Source: Spirochaetia bacterium (GTDB lineage: Bacteria; Spirochaetota; Spirochaetia; DSM-16054; Sediminispirochaetaceae). Taken from it: DNA of 64,000 nucleotides. Within the stretch, counting starts at the first letter, position 1. Each line of letters opens with the position of its first letter. The stretch covers positions 384,001-448,000 of the forward strand of contig JAXHMY010000002.1 in the NCBI GenBank assembly GCA_034520965.1, in the 5' to 3' direction. This document shows, piece by piece, positions 42,559 through 51,098 of the stretch. The translations under genes were made by a program, and so were the position numbers. The notes beneath the pieces were generated by a model that saw only the letters and a program-made list of their open reading frames with translations, was not told where the DNA came from and did no database searches.

Positions 42559-42858
42559 CTGACTTCTGCAAGAATGCCGCTGTAAAAAAACCGAGGAAAT
42601 AAATGCGTCAAAGGTCAGGTCTGCAGACGAGTAAACCACGGATGAGCTTTCCGGCTGGTTTAGGAAGTCAGACCACACACTCGCCGCGCAGACGGTCCTC
42701 GAACTGTCTGCGCGGCGAGTATATAGTCTGAGCTTAAAGTTCACGAAAACAGTGTACTCGTCTGCAACTAACCTTTGACGCATTATTCCTCGGTTTTACA
42801 GCGGCATTCTTCAGAAGTCAGACCACACACTCGCCGCGCAGACGGTCCTCGAACTGTC
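42559..42858. repeat. Nested inverted and direct repeat structure
   Basis: Outer imperfect IR 42559..42633 / 42755..42821; inner perfect 15-bp IR 42679..42693 / 42706..42720; exact 45-bp direct repeat 42664..42708 / 42814..42858. Confidence 0.9.
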
Positions 42859-43037
42859 CAGCTGGTCGAAAAATGGCAATACTCTGGAAAATGTACAGTT
42901 AATTTTGGATAGAAAAACGGTATTACAGCGGTATACAGTTAGTAATGAATAGTAACATCAGTACACGAACGGTTGATTTATTTCCCTATGTGCATTACAA
43001 TTATATACAGTGAGAAACGCCGGAGCACAAAATAGAT

Positions 43038-43085
43038 CGCTCTCGTAAAGCGTAGGTCGACGGTTCGAATCCGTCTTTTGGCTCT
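43038..43085 (+). repeat. attR core (48-bp duplicate of the tRNA-Thr 3' part)
   Basis: Identical to 8842..8889; has no D arm, so it is not a tRNA gene. Confidence 0.95.
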
Positions 43086-43120
43086 ATAATTGTTATTGGA
43101 GCCGGATTGCCGAAAGACGG

Positions 43121-43771
43121 CTATTCAGCTTTTTCTTTTTTTCGTTGTGAACTGACAAAACGCTGAAAATCGTTGATATTTTTTACAATAATGTGATCTT
43201 CATAAATTTCCACCCGCCGTTGTCCTGCAAAATGGTTTAACACCTTTTTACACTCTGCATAGGACATCCCCGCCCAATGGGCAATATCTTCAACTTTGGT
43301 GGAGAAGGTACGCTGGTCCTCATCAGGGTTTTCGGTGGGTTGGTCCTCTGCGAGCATAAGAAAAACATCGGCCACCCTGGCCTCGATATTACTGAGAGTG
43401 AGTATCATAAAGCGTCGTTTTTGATCGTAGATGCGTTTGGTAAACAGTTTCAGCAGCTTTAGGGCTATTTGAGGATTGCCTTTCATCAAAACTTCGAAGT
43501 TTTCCCGGTTAAACTCTAAAGCCTTGACTTTATCAAGGGAAACGGCCGTAGCAGAGCGGGGAGCTTCTTCTAAAATGGCCATTTCGCCAAAAATTTCTCC
43601 CGGCTGGAGAATATCAATATTTTTTTCAATATCCCCTAGAATTTTTACAATTTGGACCCGACCCGATTGAATTAAATAAAAATTATCACCCGGCTCGTAC
43701 TCACAGAAAATTATGTCGCCGGGCTGAAAGGTAACGGCAAAACGCTCAAACATCGATAGGTCAACGTTCAT
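43121..43771 (-). CDS. Crp/Fnr-family cNMP-binding regulator
   Basis: cNMP domain (YLIQSGRV, GEIFGEMAILEEAPRSATA) plus C-terminal HTH-like region (EARVADVFL, EDIAHWAGM). Confidence 0.88.
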   Translation of the reverse strand: MNVDLSMFERFAVTFQPGDIIFCEYEPGDNFYLIQSGRVQIVKILGDIEKNIDILQPGEIFGEMAILEEAPRSATAVSLDKVKALEFNRENFEVLMKGNPQIALKLLKLFTKRIYDQKRRFMILTLSNIEARVADVFLMLAEDQPTENPDEDQRTFSTKVEDIAHWAGMSYAECKKVLNHFAGQRRVEIYEDHIIVKNINDFQRFVSSQRKKEKAE

Positions 43772-44779
43772 TTAGACACCTCAAGTTCACGCAAAGCCCG
43801 TTTTGCCTTGCGATAGATTACCTCATTTTCTGAGGACATAGACAGAACCTTCTTGTAAAAGCCATTTGCCTTGCCGGTATTTCCCATTTTTTCATGGCAG
43901 TTTCCCACATACAGCAGAGCATCGCGCAGATCCGGATGGCGAGGATAGTGTTTGATCATTTGGGTATAATGTTCGATACATTTATCGTACTGGGCAAGTC
44001 CAAGATGACATCTGCCGATCTCAAACTGTGATTTTGCTACATACTCTTCGCTGTTGTTGGCCTGGACAATCTTTTTAAACTCCTCAAGGGCGGCTTGAAA
44101 ATTGTCCTGCGAAAAAAGACTGACCGCGTTGTAATATTTTTTGGCAGTCTCAGAGAGTTCCTCTTGCTGCACCTGCAGACTGCACGAGATTGTCCTCCGG
44201 CCGGTACCCATACCGGCCATATGAAGCCGGTGCTCCCCCCCCTTGCAGGGCTTTCTCAGCCTGTTCCATGTGGGCAGTTGCCTCTGATGCATATTTTCCG
44301 GAGGGATAATAGGTTATATAACGCCGAAAGGCATAAAGTGCCTGATGATATTTTTGTGAGTTCAGGTAGTACTGGCCAATTCTGAACAGCCCTTCTTCGG
44401 GTTCCAAGCCGTCTTTCCCCTCTGAAATGAGGTTACGAACCTGCTTGTGCATCCGACGCAACTGGTTGGAGAAGACTTTCAGCATCTTCATTATGATACG
44501 GGTATTTTTGAGCACGATTTGCTCAAACTCAGGAACGCTGAAAATGACCATCGCCGCATCACTGAGCACCACGGCTGTCTCTTCCCGCGGATAGCGGCCG
44601 AGGGCGGATTTCACTCCAAAGAACTCACCGGTGTTAATAATATCGTGAATCTCTTGTCCTGTTTCGATATCGTTATAGTTTAGACTAACTTTACCGCTTT
44701 TTAAAATATACACCCGGTCATTCATATCGCCTTTGAAATAAACAACCGAATTAGCATGATAACGCACAGCTTTTGGCAT
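43768..44779 (-). CDS. cNMP-binding domain + TPR protein (frameshifted)
   Basis: VYILKSGKV, GEFFGVKSALGRYPREETA, followed by BamD/CpoB-like TPR repeats. Confidence 0.8.
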
Positions 44780-44958
44780 GCTCGCTCCTGTATTTTTGCA
44801 CTACCCCTCAAGTAAAAAGTGTACTTTTCAAAACCAGCCCTGTCAACACTAGCTTCTTAAAACTGTACCTCTACTGGAGAAGAAGTGAACTTATATGTGC
44901 TTTTTCATTGCGTGTCTTATCCGGCTGGGCTACTATTAGGATAGTAGGAGTTTTGCAC

Positions 44959-45738
44959 ATGTTGCTTCAGCGCCTTGGTCGGCAGTCTATCAATTCATTT
45001 CACGAGATACTCTACGGGGCAGGTTTTTTTTATCAGTCCCTCCTAGCTTCACTGCAGTTCATACGCCGCAGGCAGGTCGGGAGGGGGGTAATTACCATGC
45101 AGCTCCTGTTCACTGGGGTAGAAGCACTCAGTGTAATAGCTCTTATCTCCCTCTCTTTGGGGGCGGTAATTATCATCCAAGGAGTAAATATTCTACCCCA
45201 GTTTGGCCAGGGGGTACTCATCTATAAAATTCTGATTACCGTCATAACCCGTGAACTTGGGCCCCTGCTGTGTGCTTTTGTGGTTATCGCCCGTTCCGGC
45301 ACAGCCATCGCTACTGAATTGGGGCATATGGTAGTCAGTCATCAGATTGAGGCGTATATTTCCACCGGGGTGAATCCCATACGCTATCTGGTAGCACCAC
45401 GGTTCATCGGAGTTACCCTTTCGGTGATACTTCTTAATTTATATTTTAATGTGTTTGGTCTGGCGGGTTCTTTTATTTTGACCCAGTTCTTTCAGCCAAT
45501 CTCTGCGTTTGAGTACTTTCATAACCTTCTGTTGTATCTAAGAACTCCGGATATTATATCCTCCTTATTGAAAAGCCTGATTTTCGGTCTTATTATTAGC
45601 CACACAGCCACCTACAACGGTTTAAAGGTGCAGCAGTCTTCTACGGAGGTGCCCCAGATGGTCATTCGCTCGGTGGTACAGGGGTTTACGCTCTGTATAA
45701 TCGCAGATGCAATCATAACGATGATTTACTATATCTAA
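44959..45738 (+). CDS. mlaE: MlaE-family ABC permease
   Basis: RELGPLLCAFVVIARSGTAIATELG, GVNPIRYLVAPR. Confidence 0.9.
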   Translation: MLLQRLGRQSINSFHEILYGAGFFYQSLLASLQFIRRRQVGRGVITMQLLFTGVEALSVIALISLSLGAVIIIQGVNILPQFGQGVLIYKILITVITRELGPLLCAFVVIARSGTAIATELGHMVVSHQIEAYISTGVNPIRYLVAPRFIGVTLSVILLNLYFNVFGLAGSFILTQFFQPISAFEYFHNLLLYLRTPDIISSLLKSLIFGLIISHTATYNGLKVQQSSTEVPQMVIRSVVQGFTLCIIADAIITMIYYI

Positions 45739-45763
45739 TGTGGACTTTGAGGGGATGGGACCA

Positions 45764-46568
45764 ATGATGAATCCGCTGCACATCAGTATGGAAGAGGTAA
45801 GCGTACTGTTTGGAGACCGCCCGGTGTTGGACAAGTTGAATCTGCAGATTAGTCCCGGTAAAACCACAGTAATTATAGGTGCTTCCGGAAGCGGTAAAAG
45901 TATTCTGCTCAAGGTAATGGCCGGGCTGGTTCCGCCCACCCACGGGTCGGTAAAGAGGGACGGAAAAAGCCTATTTCTTCTGAGCGAAAAAGAAGAAATT
46001 GAGTTCCGCCGCCGTACCGGACTTTGTGTTTCAAGATGGGGCCCTATGGGCTAACCGTACCATCGAGCAGAATGTACGCTTTCCCCTTGAGGTTCACTTT
46101 CCCGAAATGAGTCAAGAACAGATGCAGCAGCGTGTCGAGGATTATCTTCGCGAAGTGGGCTACGAAGACCGCCTCGATTATCGACCCAGCCAGATATCAG
46201 CGGGGGAACAGAAAATGGTGTCCTTTGCCCGCGCGCTGATTACCGACCCCGAATTTCTGTTTTTGGATACCCCCTTAGTCGGCATAGACAGCTCCTCGGC
46301 TCTGGCTATCCAGAAAATTATTAAAAAACTCAATAAGCAAGGCCGTACGGTGGTAGGCGGCTTTATCGATGCGGGACTTATTTCAATAATTGCCGATAAT
46401 CTTATTATACTTAACAAGGGAAGCATTGCCGTTCACGGGACTTTTGCGGAAGTCAGACAGAGCAGCAACCCGGTGGTCCAACGGGTGCTTCAAATTGTAA
46501 TGCAGCACGCAGCTGCCTACGACGAGGACATCTTGAGTTTATTGGATAATGAGTCCGATCTATTTTAA
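45764..46568 (+). CDS. mlaF: MlaF-like ABC ATPase (frameshifted)
   Basis: GASGSGKS, FVFQDGAL, ISAGEQK, LFLDTP; lies between mlaE and mlaD. Confidence 0.8.
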
Positions 46569-46586
46569 CCTCAGAAGGGAGATAAT

Positions 46587-47612
46587 ATGAAGTTTAGAAT
46601 ACGTTACGCAGAACAGATTGTAGGACTCTTCACATTGTTGGCTATACTTTCGCTGGCGGCAATTTTGATCTTTATGGGTATCAATCAGCGCTGGTTCGCA
46701 AGGGACTACTCTTTTGTCAGCCAATTTCAAAGTGGATCAGGCCTAAACCGTGGTATGGCAATTAAACTCAAGGGGTTTACCATCGGAGCAGTCGATAAAA
46801 TTGAGCTGTTGGAGGACAATACAGTACAAATCAACTTCCACATTTTTGATACCTACTACAATCGGGTTCTGCAGAATTCTGTACTGCAACTTACCACCAG
46901 CCCCATCGGCATTGGAGGCAGCAGCTTAATTTTTTATCCGGGTATTGGGCAGGGCACACCACTTGCAGAGGGTTCATTCATTCCTTCAACAGATTTTGCC
47001 GAAGGGCAGCAGAGGCTTGAGTCCGGGTTAGTGAAAACAGACGAAAAGGAGGATACAGTCTCCAGCGTGGTAAACCGTATCGGGCCGATTTTGGATAGTA
47101 CCTATGAGACCATCAATTCCCTTAATTCCGCCATCACCCGCATAGATAACACTCTTAGCGGCACTGAGCCCGGACCTTTGCTTGATGTGTTGCTGCAAAC
47201 CCAGCAGGTTATGGCTCAGCTCCACGAAACACTTGAGAATACTTCCGGCATCACCGCTAATTTAGAGAAAACTTCTGCCCAGCTCTCGGACACCCAGGGA
47301 CTAGTACAACGTCTGCTTGACCCAAAAGGGTCGGTGGCCAAACTGCTGGACGACGATGAGGAGCTGTATACACATATACAATCTATTATCGCCGAATTGG
47401 AGAGTTCCGCTGCCGAATTAAGCAGCTTTGCCGGTTATGTTAACGAACAACAGCCCAGCATTACCGCTATTCTGCAGGAAGGCCGAACCGCTTTACAGGA
47501 GAGTCAGGGTGTCATGCAGGGGCTGCAGAACAATCCCCTCCTCCGCCGGGGGATAACAGAAGAGTACACCACCCCCTCAACATTTCGGGGTATGCGGGAT
47601 GGAGAGTATTAA
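46587..47612 (+). CDS. mlaD: MlaD/MCE-domain protein with long helical extension
   Basis: N-terminal TM, GLNRGMAIKLKGFTIGAVDKI MCE motif, helical C-terminal half. Confidence 0.85.
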   Translation: MKFRIRYAEQIVGLFTLLAILSLAAILIFMGINQRWFARDYSFVSQFQSGSGLNRGMAIKLKGFTIGAVDKIELLEDNTVQINFHIFDTYYNRVLQNSVLQLTTSPIGIGGSSLIFYPGIGQGTPLAEGSFIPSTDFAEGQQRLESGLVKTDEKEDTVSSVVNRIGPILDSTYETINSLNSAITRIDNTLSGTEPGPLLDVLLQTQQVMAQLHETLENTSGITANLEKTSAQLSDTQGLVQRLLDPKGSVAKLLDDDEELYTHIQSIIAELESSAAELSSFAGYVNEQQPSITAILQEGRTALQESQGVMQGLQNNPLLRRGITEEYTTPSTFRGMRDGEY

Positions 47613-48558
47613 TGGAGTTCCGCACACCCCCGCTTCTTCTGGCCGCCTTTCAGGGCGAAAACTTATTCTCACTGACCTTTTTTTATGCTGTACTGTGCTG
47701 TGTGTGCTGTTCATCACAGCCTGCTCTTCAGCACCCAAACAACAGGAACCACCCAGGGCTGCAGCTTTAGAAGCCTCAAAATTTGCCGGCTATGGGAACT
47801 CCTTCTATACAGAGGCTCGTTATAAAAAAGCAGCTGAAATGTATACTATGGCACTGAACAGTTATATTCGTATCGACGATCAATTGGGTACGATTGTCTG
47901 CTATAATGCATTGGGAAAAACTTTTTTGGCTCAGGGTCACACAAAAAAGGCAGAGCAGATGTTTCAAGCTGCGGTATCCAGCTTAACCACTTTCAGGCCT
48001 ATTGATGAGGCAGAGCCCAAAATCAAAAAGGCCGCCGCCGAAACCTATAATAATTTAGGTGAACTTGCTTTCCGTTCCGACCGCAACTCAGAAGCTCTTA
48101 ACTGGTTTGAGAGAGGTATTACCCTTATAGCAAATACAGAAGACTCCGCAGAAACACTGGTAATACTGCTGCATAACCGGGGAACTGTATACCGGGCTCA
48201 GAATCAGCTGGAAAAAGCCCGGAGAGAGTTTGAAGAAGCACTTGCCATCAACAGAAAAATGGATAACTTGCTTGAAATTGCGTCTAACCATTACATGCTT
48301 GGAGTAATTGCTCTACAGCAGCACAGCTTGGAACGTGCGGTAGAGCATGCTGAAAGAGCACTCGAGTTTGATAAGCTGACTGAAAACAGTGTCGGTATTG
48401 GGCATGACCTGTTTCTGCTTGGCCGCAGTCACATCCAGATGGAAGATACGGAAACAGCTAGGGAATACTTACAGCGTGCCCGTACTATTTTTGCAGCCCT
48501 TGAACTTGATAGAGAACATGAAAAAGTTGTAGAGTATCTTCAGAGGAACAATTTGTAA
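47599..48558 (+). CDS. TPR-repeat lipoprotein
   Basis: Lipobox-like FITACSS; repeated YNALG / YNNLG / LHNRG TPR motifs. Confidence 0.8.
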   Translation: MESINGVPHTPASSGRLSGRKLILTDLFLCCTVLCVLFITACSSAPKQQEPPRAAALEASKFAGYGNSFYTEARYKKAAEMYTMALNSYIRIDDQLGTIVCYNALGKTFLAQGHTKKAEQMFQAAVSSLTTFRPIDEAEPKIKKAAAETYNNLGELAFRSDRNSEALNWFERGITLIANTEDSAETLVILLHNRGTVYRAQNQLEKARREFEEALAINRKMDNLLEIASNHYMLGVIALQQHSLERAVEHAERALEFDKLTENSVGIGHDLFLLGRSHIQMEDTETAREYLQRARTIFAALELDREHEKVVEYLQRNNL

Positions 48559-48992
48559 TGAGCACAGGAATAATCCGGATATCATCCCGTATCACCCAGG
48601 GATATATTGCGTTTTTTAAGGCAGTCCTGAGGGTACTTGCCTTTTCGCTCGCTGTAGCAAGCCTTTCTGCGCTGATAACCTTACCGCTCTGGTACTGGGC
48701 TACCAATGGGCGAGCGAGTTTTACAATCGCGGTGCTAATTGTATGTGCTATGGGTTTCTTGGTTTTGCTGGTTAAACACATTGGGAACAGCATCAATGAC
48801 CTTAAAAGTCAGAGCTATAGTACTGCATCAATTCTCATTCTGCCGCTGAAACGTATTGGTAAGGTTCTGACAGCACTTATTCTTATTTACCTCACACTGA
48901 TTGTTTTTGGCTCTGTCTCCCTTATAGCCGGAATTGCATGTGCGCTTCTATCTATTGGCCTGATTGGCGTTCTATTCTTTGCACAGGGCTGA
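48558..48992 (+). CDS. Hypothetical membrane protein (about 4 TM)
   Basis: Hydrophobic segments; TAATG translational coupling with the TPR gene. Confidence 0.7.
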   Translation: MSTGIIRISSRITQGYIAFFKAVLRVLAFSLAVASLSALITLPLWYWATNGRASFTIAVLIVCAMGFLVLLVKHIGNSINDLKSQSYSTASILILPLKRIGKVLTALILIYLTLIVFGSVSLIAGIACALLSIGLIGVLFFAQG

Positions 48993-49030
48993 AAAAGGCT
49001 ATACGACAAGCGAGTGATGGAGTTGTACTA

Positions 49031-49960
49031 ATGAACCGGGTTTTAAGACGGTACCTGCTGATGAGTATTCCCTTTCTATTAGTGAGCACACTCGCCTATG
49101 CGGAGAATAGACTCAATTCGGTGTATCCCCATATAGAAATGCTGAACCGCGACGACCCCATGTTCCGACAGGTTACCGAGGATATTAACCGTTATTACAG
49201 GGCTGTTCATACGAATACTCCACCGCCGGCACTGAACCTATTCAGCTATGCCCCCTCCGATGAGGATACACTGTTCTCGATTGCAGCACGATTCAACTTA
49301 CCTTATGAGACAATAGCACTCCTGAACGGGCTGCGTAATCCCACAATGTTGCATAGCACAGAGAAGTTGCTTATTCCCAACAGTCCGGGCTTATTTATTG
49401 CAGACGAGCCTGAAAATGACATCGAAAAGCTCATGCACGCGTGGCGGGTACAAGCTCCGGAGCTTGGTTCGATAGTGTATGTGACTGAGGATTCACACAA
49501 AAGGCTCTATTATTTTCTCCGCGGCGAAAGATTTCATCCCCTCGAACGGCTCTTTTTTCTGAATGTGCTGTTTCGTTTTCCTCTTCCCCATGGGATAATT
49601 TCCTCACATTACGGTAAAAGGACAAATCCCTTTACCCATACACAGCGTTTTCACCACGGTATTGACATTGCCGCTCCCCATGGAACCGAGGTACAGGCAG
49701 CCAGAGGAGGTACTACTGTGGCTGCCGGTATAGATCCTATACTCGGGAACTACGTAGTTTTGCAGCATGAAGGCAATTTTACTACAATTTATGGACATCT
49801 TGAAGAAATTTATATTCAAACAGGACACAAGCTTAGTGCAGGTGCTATAATAGGAACAGTGGGAAGTACGGGATTATCAACCGGCCCGCACCTTCACTTT
49901 GAAATTAGAAATGCAGGAGAATCATGGGATCCATCAAAGCTGTTACCAACCACAGATTAA
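49031..49960 (+). CDS. LysM + M23 peptidase
   Basis: LysM DTLFSIAARFNL; M23 motifs HHGIDIAA, YGHL, GSTGLSTGPHLHFEI. Confidence 0.92.
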   Translation: MNRVLRRYLLMSIPFLLVSTLAYAENRLNSVYPHIEMLNRDDPMFRQVTEDINRYYRAVHTNTPPPALNLFSYAPSDEDTLFSIAARFNLPYETIALLNGLRNPTMLHSTEKLLIPNSPGLFIADEPENDIEKLMHAWRVQAPELGSIVYVTEDSHKRLYYFLRGERFHPLERLFFLNVLFRFPLPHGIISSHYGKRTNPFTHTQRFHHGIDIAAPHGTEVQAARGGTTVAAGIDPILGNYVVLQHEGNFTTIYGHLEEIYIQTGHKLSAGAIIGTVGSTGLSTGPHLHFEIRNAGESWDPSKLLPTTD

Positions 49961-50939
49961 ACCACTACTTAGAATACTGTTACTTATGGGGGCACTGCTG
50001 CTCTTCGCTACCTTTTCCCTAGAAGCGGAACAGGTAAGAGGTGAAGTTGAGCATACGCTTATTATCGACGAAAGCTATTCCAATACAAGCGTATCCATCG
50101 GCTTACGTGAGTTATGTCAAATACGGGTTGAATCAACCGAATTTTTGCAGGGTATAGTCGTTCAAGTGGAATCTCCCCGGGCAGCACTTCAATTCAGAGA
50201 AAGCTTTTTGCTAAGTGTGTACAGCAATGCCTCACCTCCTCCACGGGAGGACTTCAGTAACTATTCAGCTAATAAAATCTATTCCGATTCCTTTCCCTCA
50301 GCGCAGAGCACATTTGTAGATATCCCGCTCAGGGACAGGGGAAGCTGGGAGCGGTCGACCCTGAACAGCTCGATTGTTACCGTACACCCACAGCCGGCGG
50401 ATTACCCCCTCTTGCTTAGCATTGACCCAATAATGAAGGGCATCCCCTCCAATGTGTCTCAATCCCGCTTCAAAATTACTCTCAAACCGGTCCTAATTGA
50501 TAAAGGGGCTCTGCTGCTTAAATTGCCTAAAGATGTTGACCGTGATGATATTCAGATACACATTGACGGAAACCGGCAAGAACAGAGCTCCGCACGGTTT
50601 ATCCTTTCCACAGGTGTACATAAACTTACTGTAGAAAGCGACCTCTACCTCACCTACTCAAAATCTATAGGTATAGAAAAAGCCCGGACTACTAAATTAG
50701 AAGCAGTACTTGAACCAAAGCAGTCCAGTATACGCTTTGAAGCACCGGAAGATGCGGTTGTCTTTTTTAATGGAGAACAGATTGAAGTGGGTTCCGGAAC
50801 ACAGTTACAGACCGATCCGGGGGAACATGTGGTGCTGGTACGAATTGGAGATTACTCAGTGAGTAAAAAAATTGATATTAAGGGTGGAAAAAACTACAAA
50901 GTTTCGCTGTTTTTTGATATTTTAGTAAACGACAACTAA
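49899..50939 (+). CDS. Secreted protein with C-terminal PEGA-like domains (start uncertain)
   Basis: Signal peptide; IHIDG...LSTGVHKLTVE and AVVFFNG...PGEHVVLV repeats. Confidence 0.65.
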   Translation: MKLEMQENHGIHQSCYQPQIKPLLRILLLMGALLLFATFSLEAEQVRGEVEHTLIIDESYSNTSVSIGLRELCQIRVESTEFLQGIVVQVESPRAALQFRESFLLSVYSNASPPPREDFSNYSANKIYSDSFPSAQSTFVDIPLRDRGSWERSTLNSSIVTVHPQPADYPLLLSIDPIMKGIPSNVSQSRFKITLKPVLIDKGALLLKLPKDVDRDDIQIHIDGNRQEQSSARFILSTGVHKLTVESDLYLTYSKSIGIEKARTTKLEAVLEPKQSSIRFEAPEDAVVFFNGEQIEVGSGTQLQTDPGEHVVLVRIGDYSVSKKIDIKGGKNYKVSLFFDILVNDN

Positions 50940-50967
50940 TGTTTTATCATTGGAAGACGATAATAAG

Positions 50968-51062
50968 AGTGTCGGCGGCAATTATATAGTTCCCCTCCCA
51001 GTTTACTATATGTTGCTCCGGCACTAACCCACAGGCCGATTCATCAGAATCGGCCTTTTTTT
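50968..51062 (+). ncRNA. Candidate small RNA: long hairpin with CCCCUCCC loop plus terminator
   Basis: ~21-bp stem 50968..51025 with three G-U pairs on the + strand, loop TCCCCTCCCAGTTT, then a terminator. Confidence 0.5.
51033..51062 (+). terminator. Rho-independent terminator
   Basis: AGGCCGATTC-ATCA-GAATCGGCCT-TTTTTT. Confidence 0.88.
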
Positions 51063-51098
51063 GGGTGTTTCGTTTTTTTGTGCTGTCTTCGAATGACC

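Larger units (their letters stand above)
8842..43085. mobile_element. tRNA-Thr-integrated genomic island (~34.2 kb) with defence and catabolic cargo
   Basis: Exact 48-bp direct repeats at both ends, integrase next to the left repeat, accessory gene content inside, core-like genes on both sides. Confidence 0.93.

Noticed and set aside
42547..42783. 78-aa ORF, or retron msr-msd, over the palindrome
   Set aside because: The ORF is a by-product of the repeat with no protein motif, and no intact reverse transcriptase is present to support a retron.
42664..42858. CRISPR array
   Set aside because: Only two 45-bp copies with 105 bp between them, part of which is an arm of the inverted repeat; no cas genes in the window.
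43038..43085. Second tRNA-Thr gene
   Set aside because: Only the anticodon-to-3' part is duplicated and the D arm is missing; it is the attR repeat.
8842..43085. Prophage or conjugative element (ICE)
   Set aside because: No terminase, capsid, tail, lysis, relaxase or type IV secretion genes recognised.
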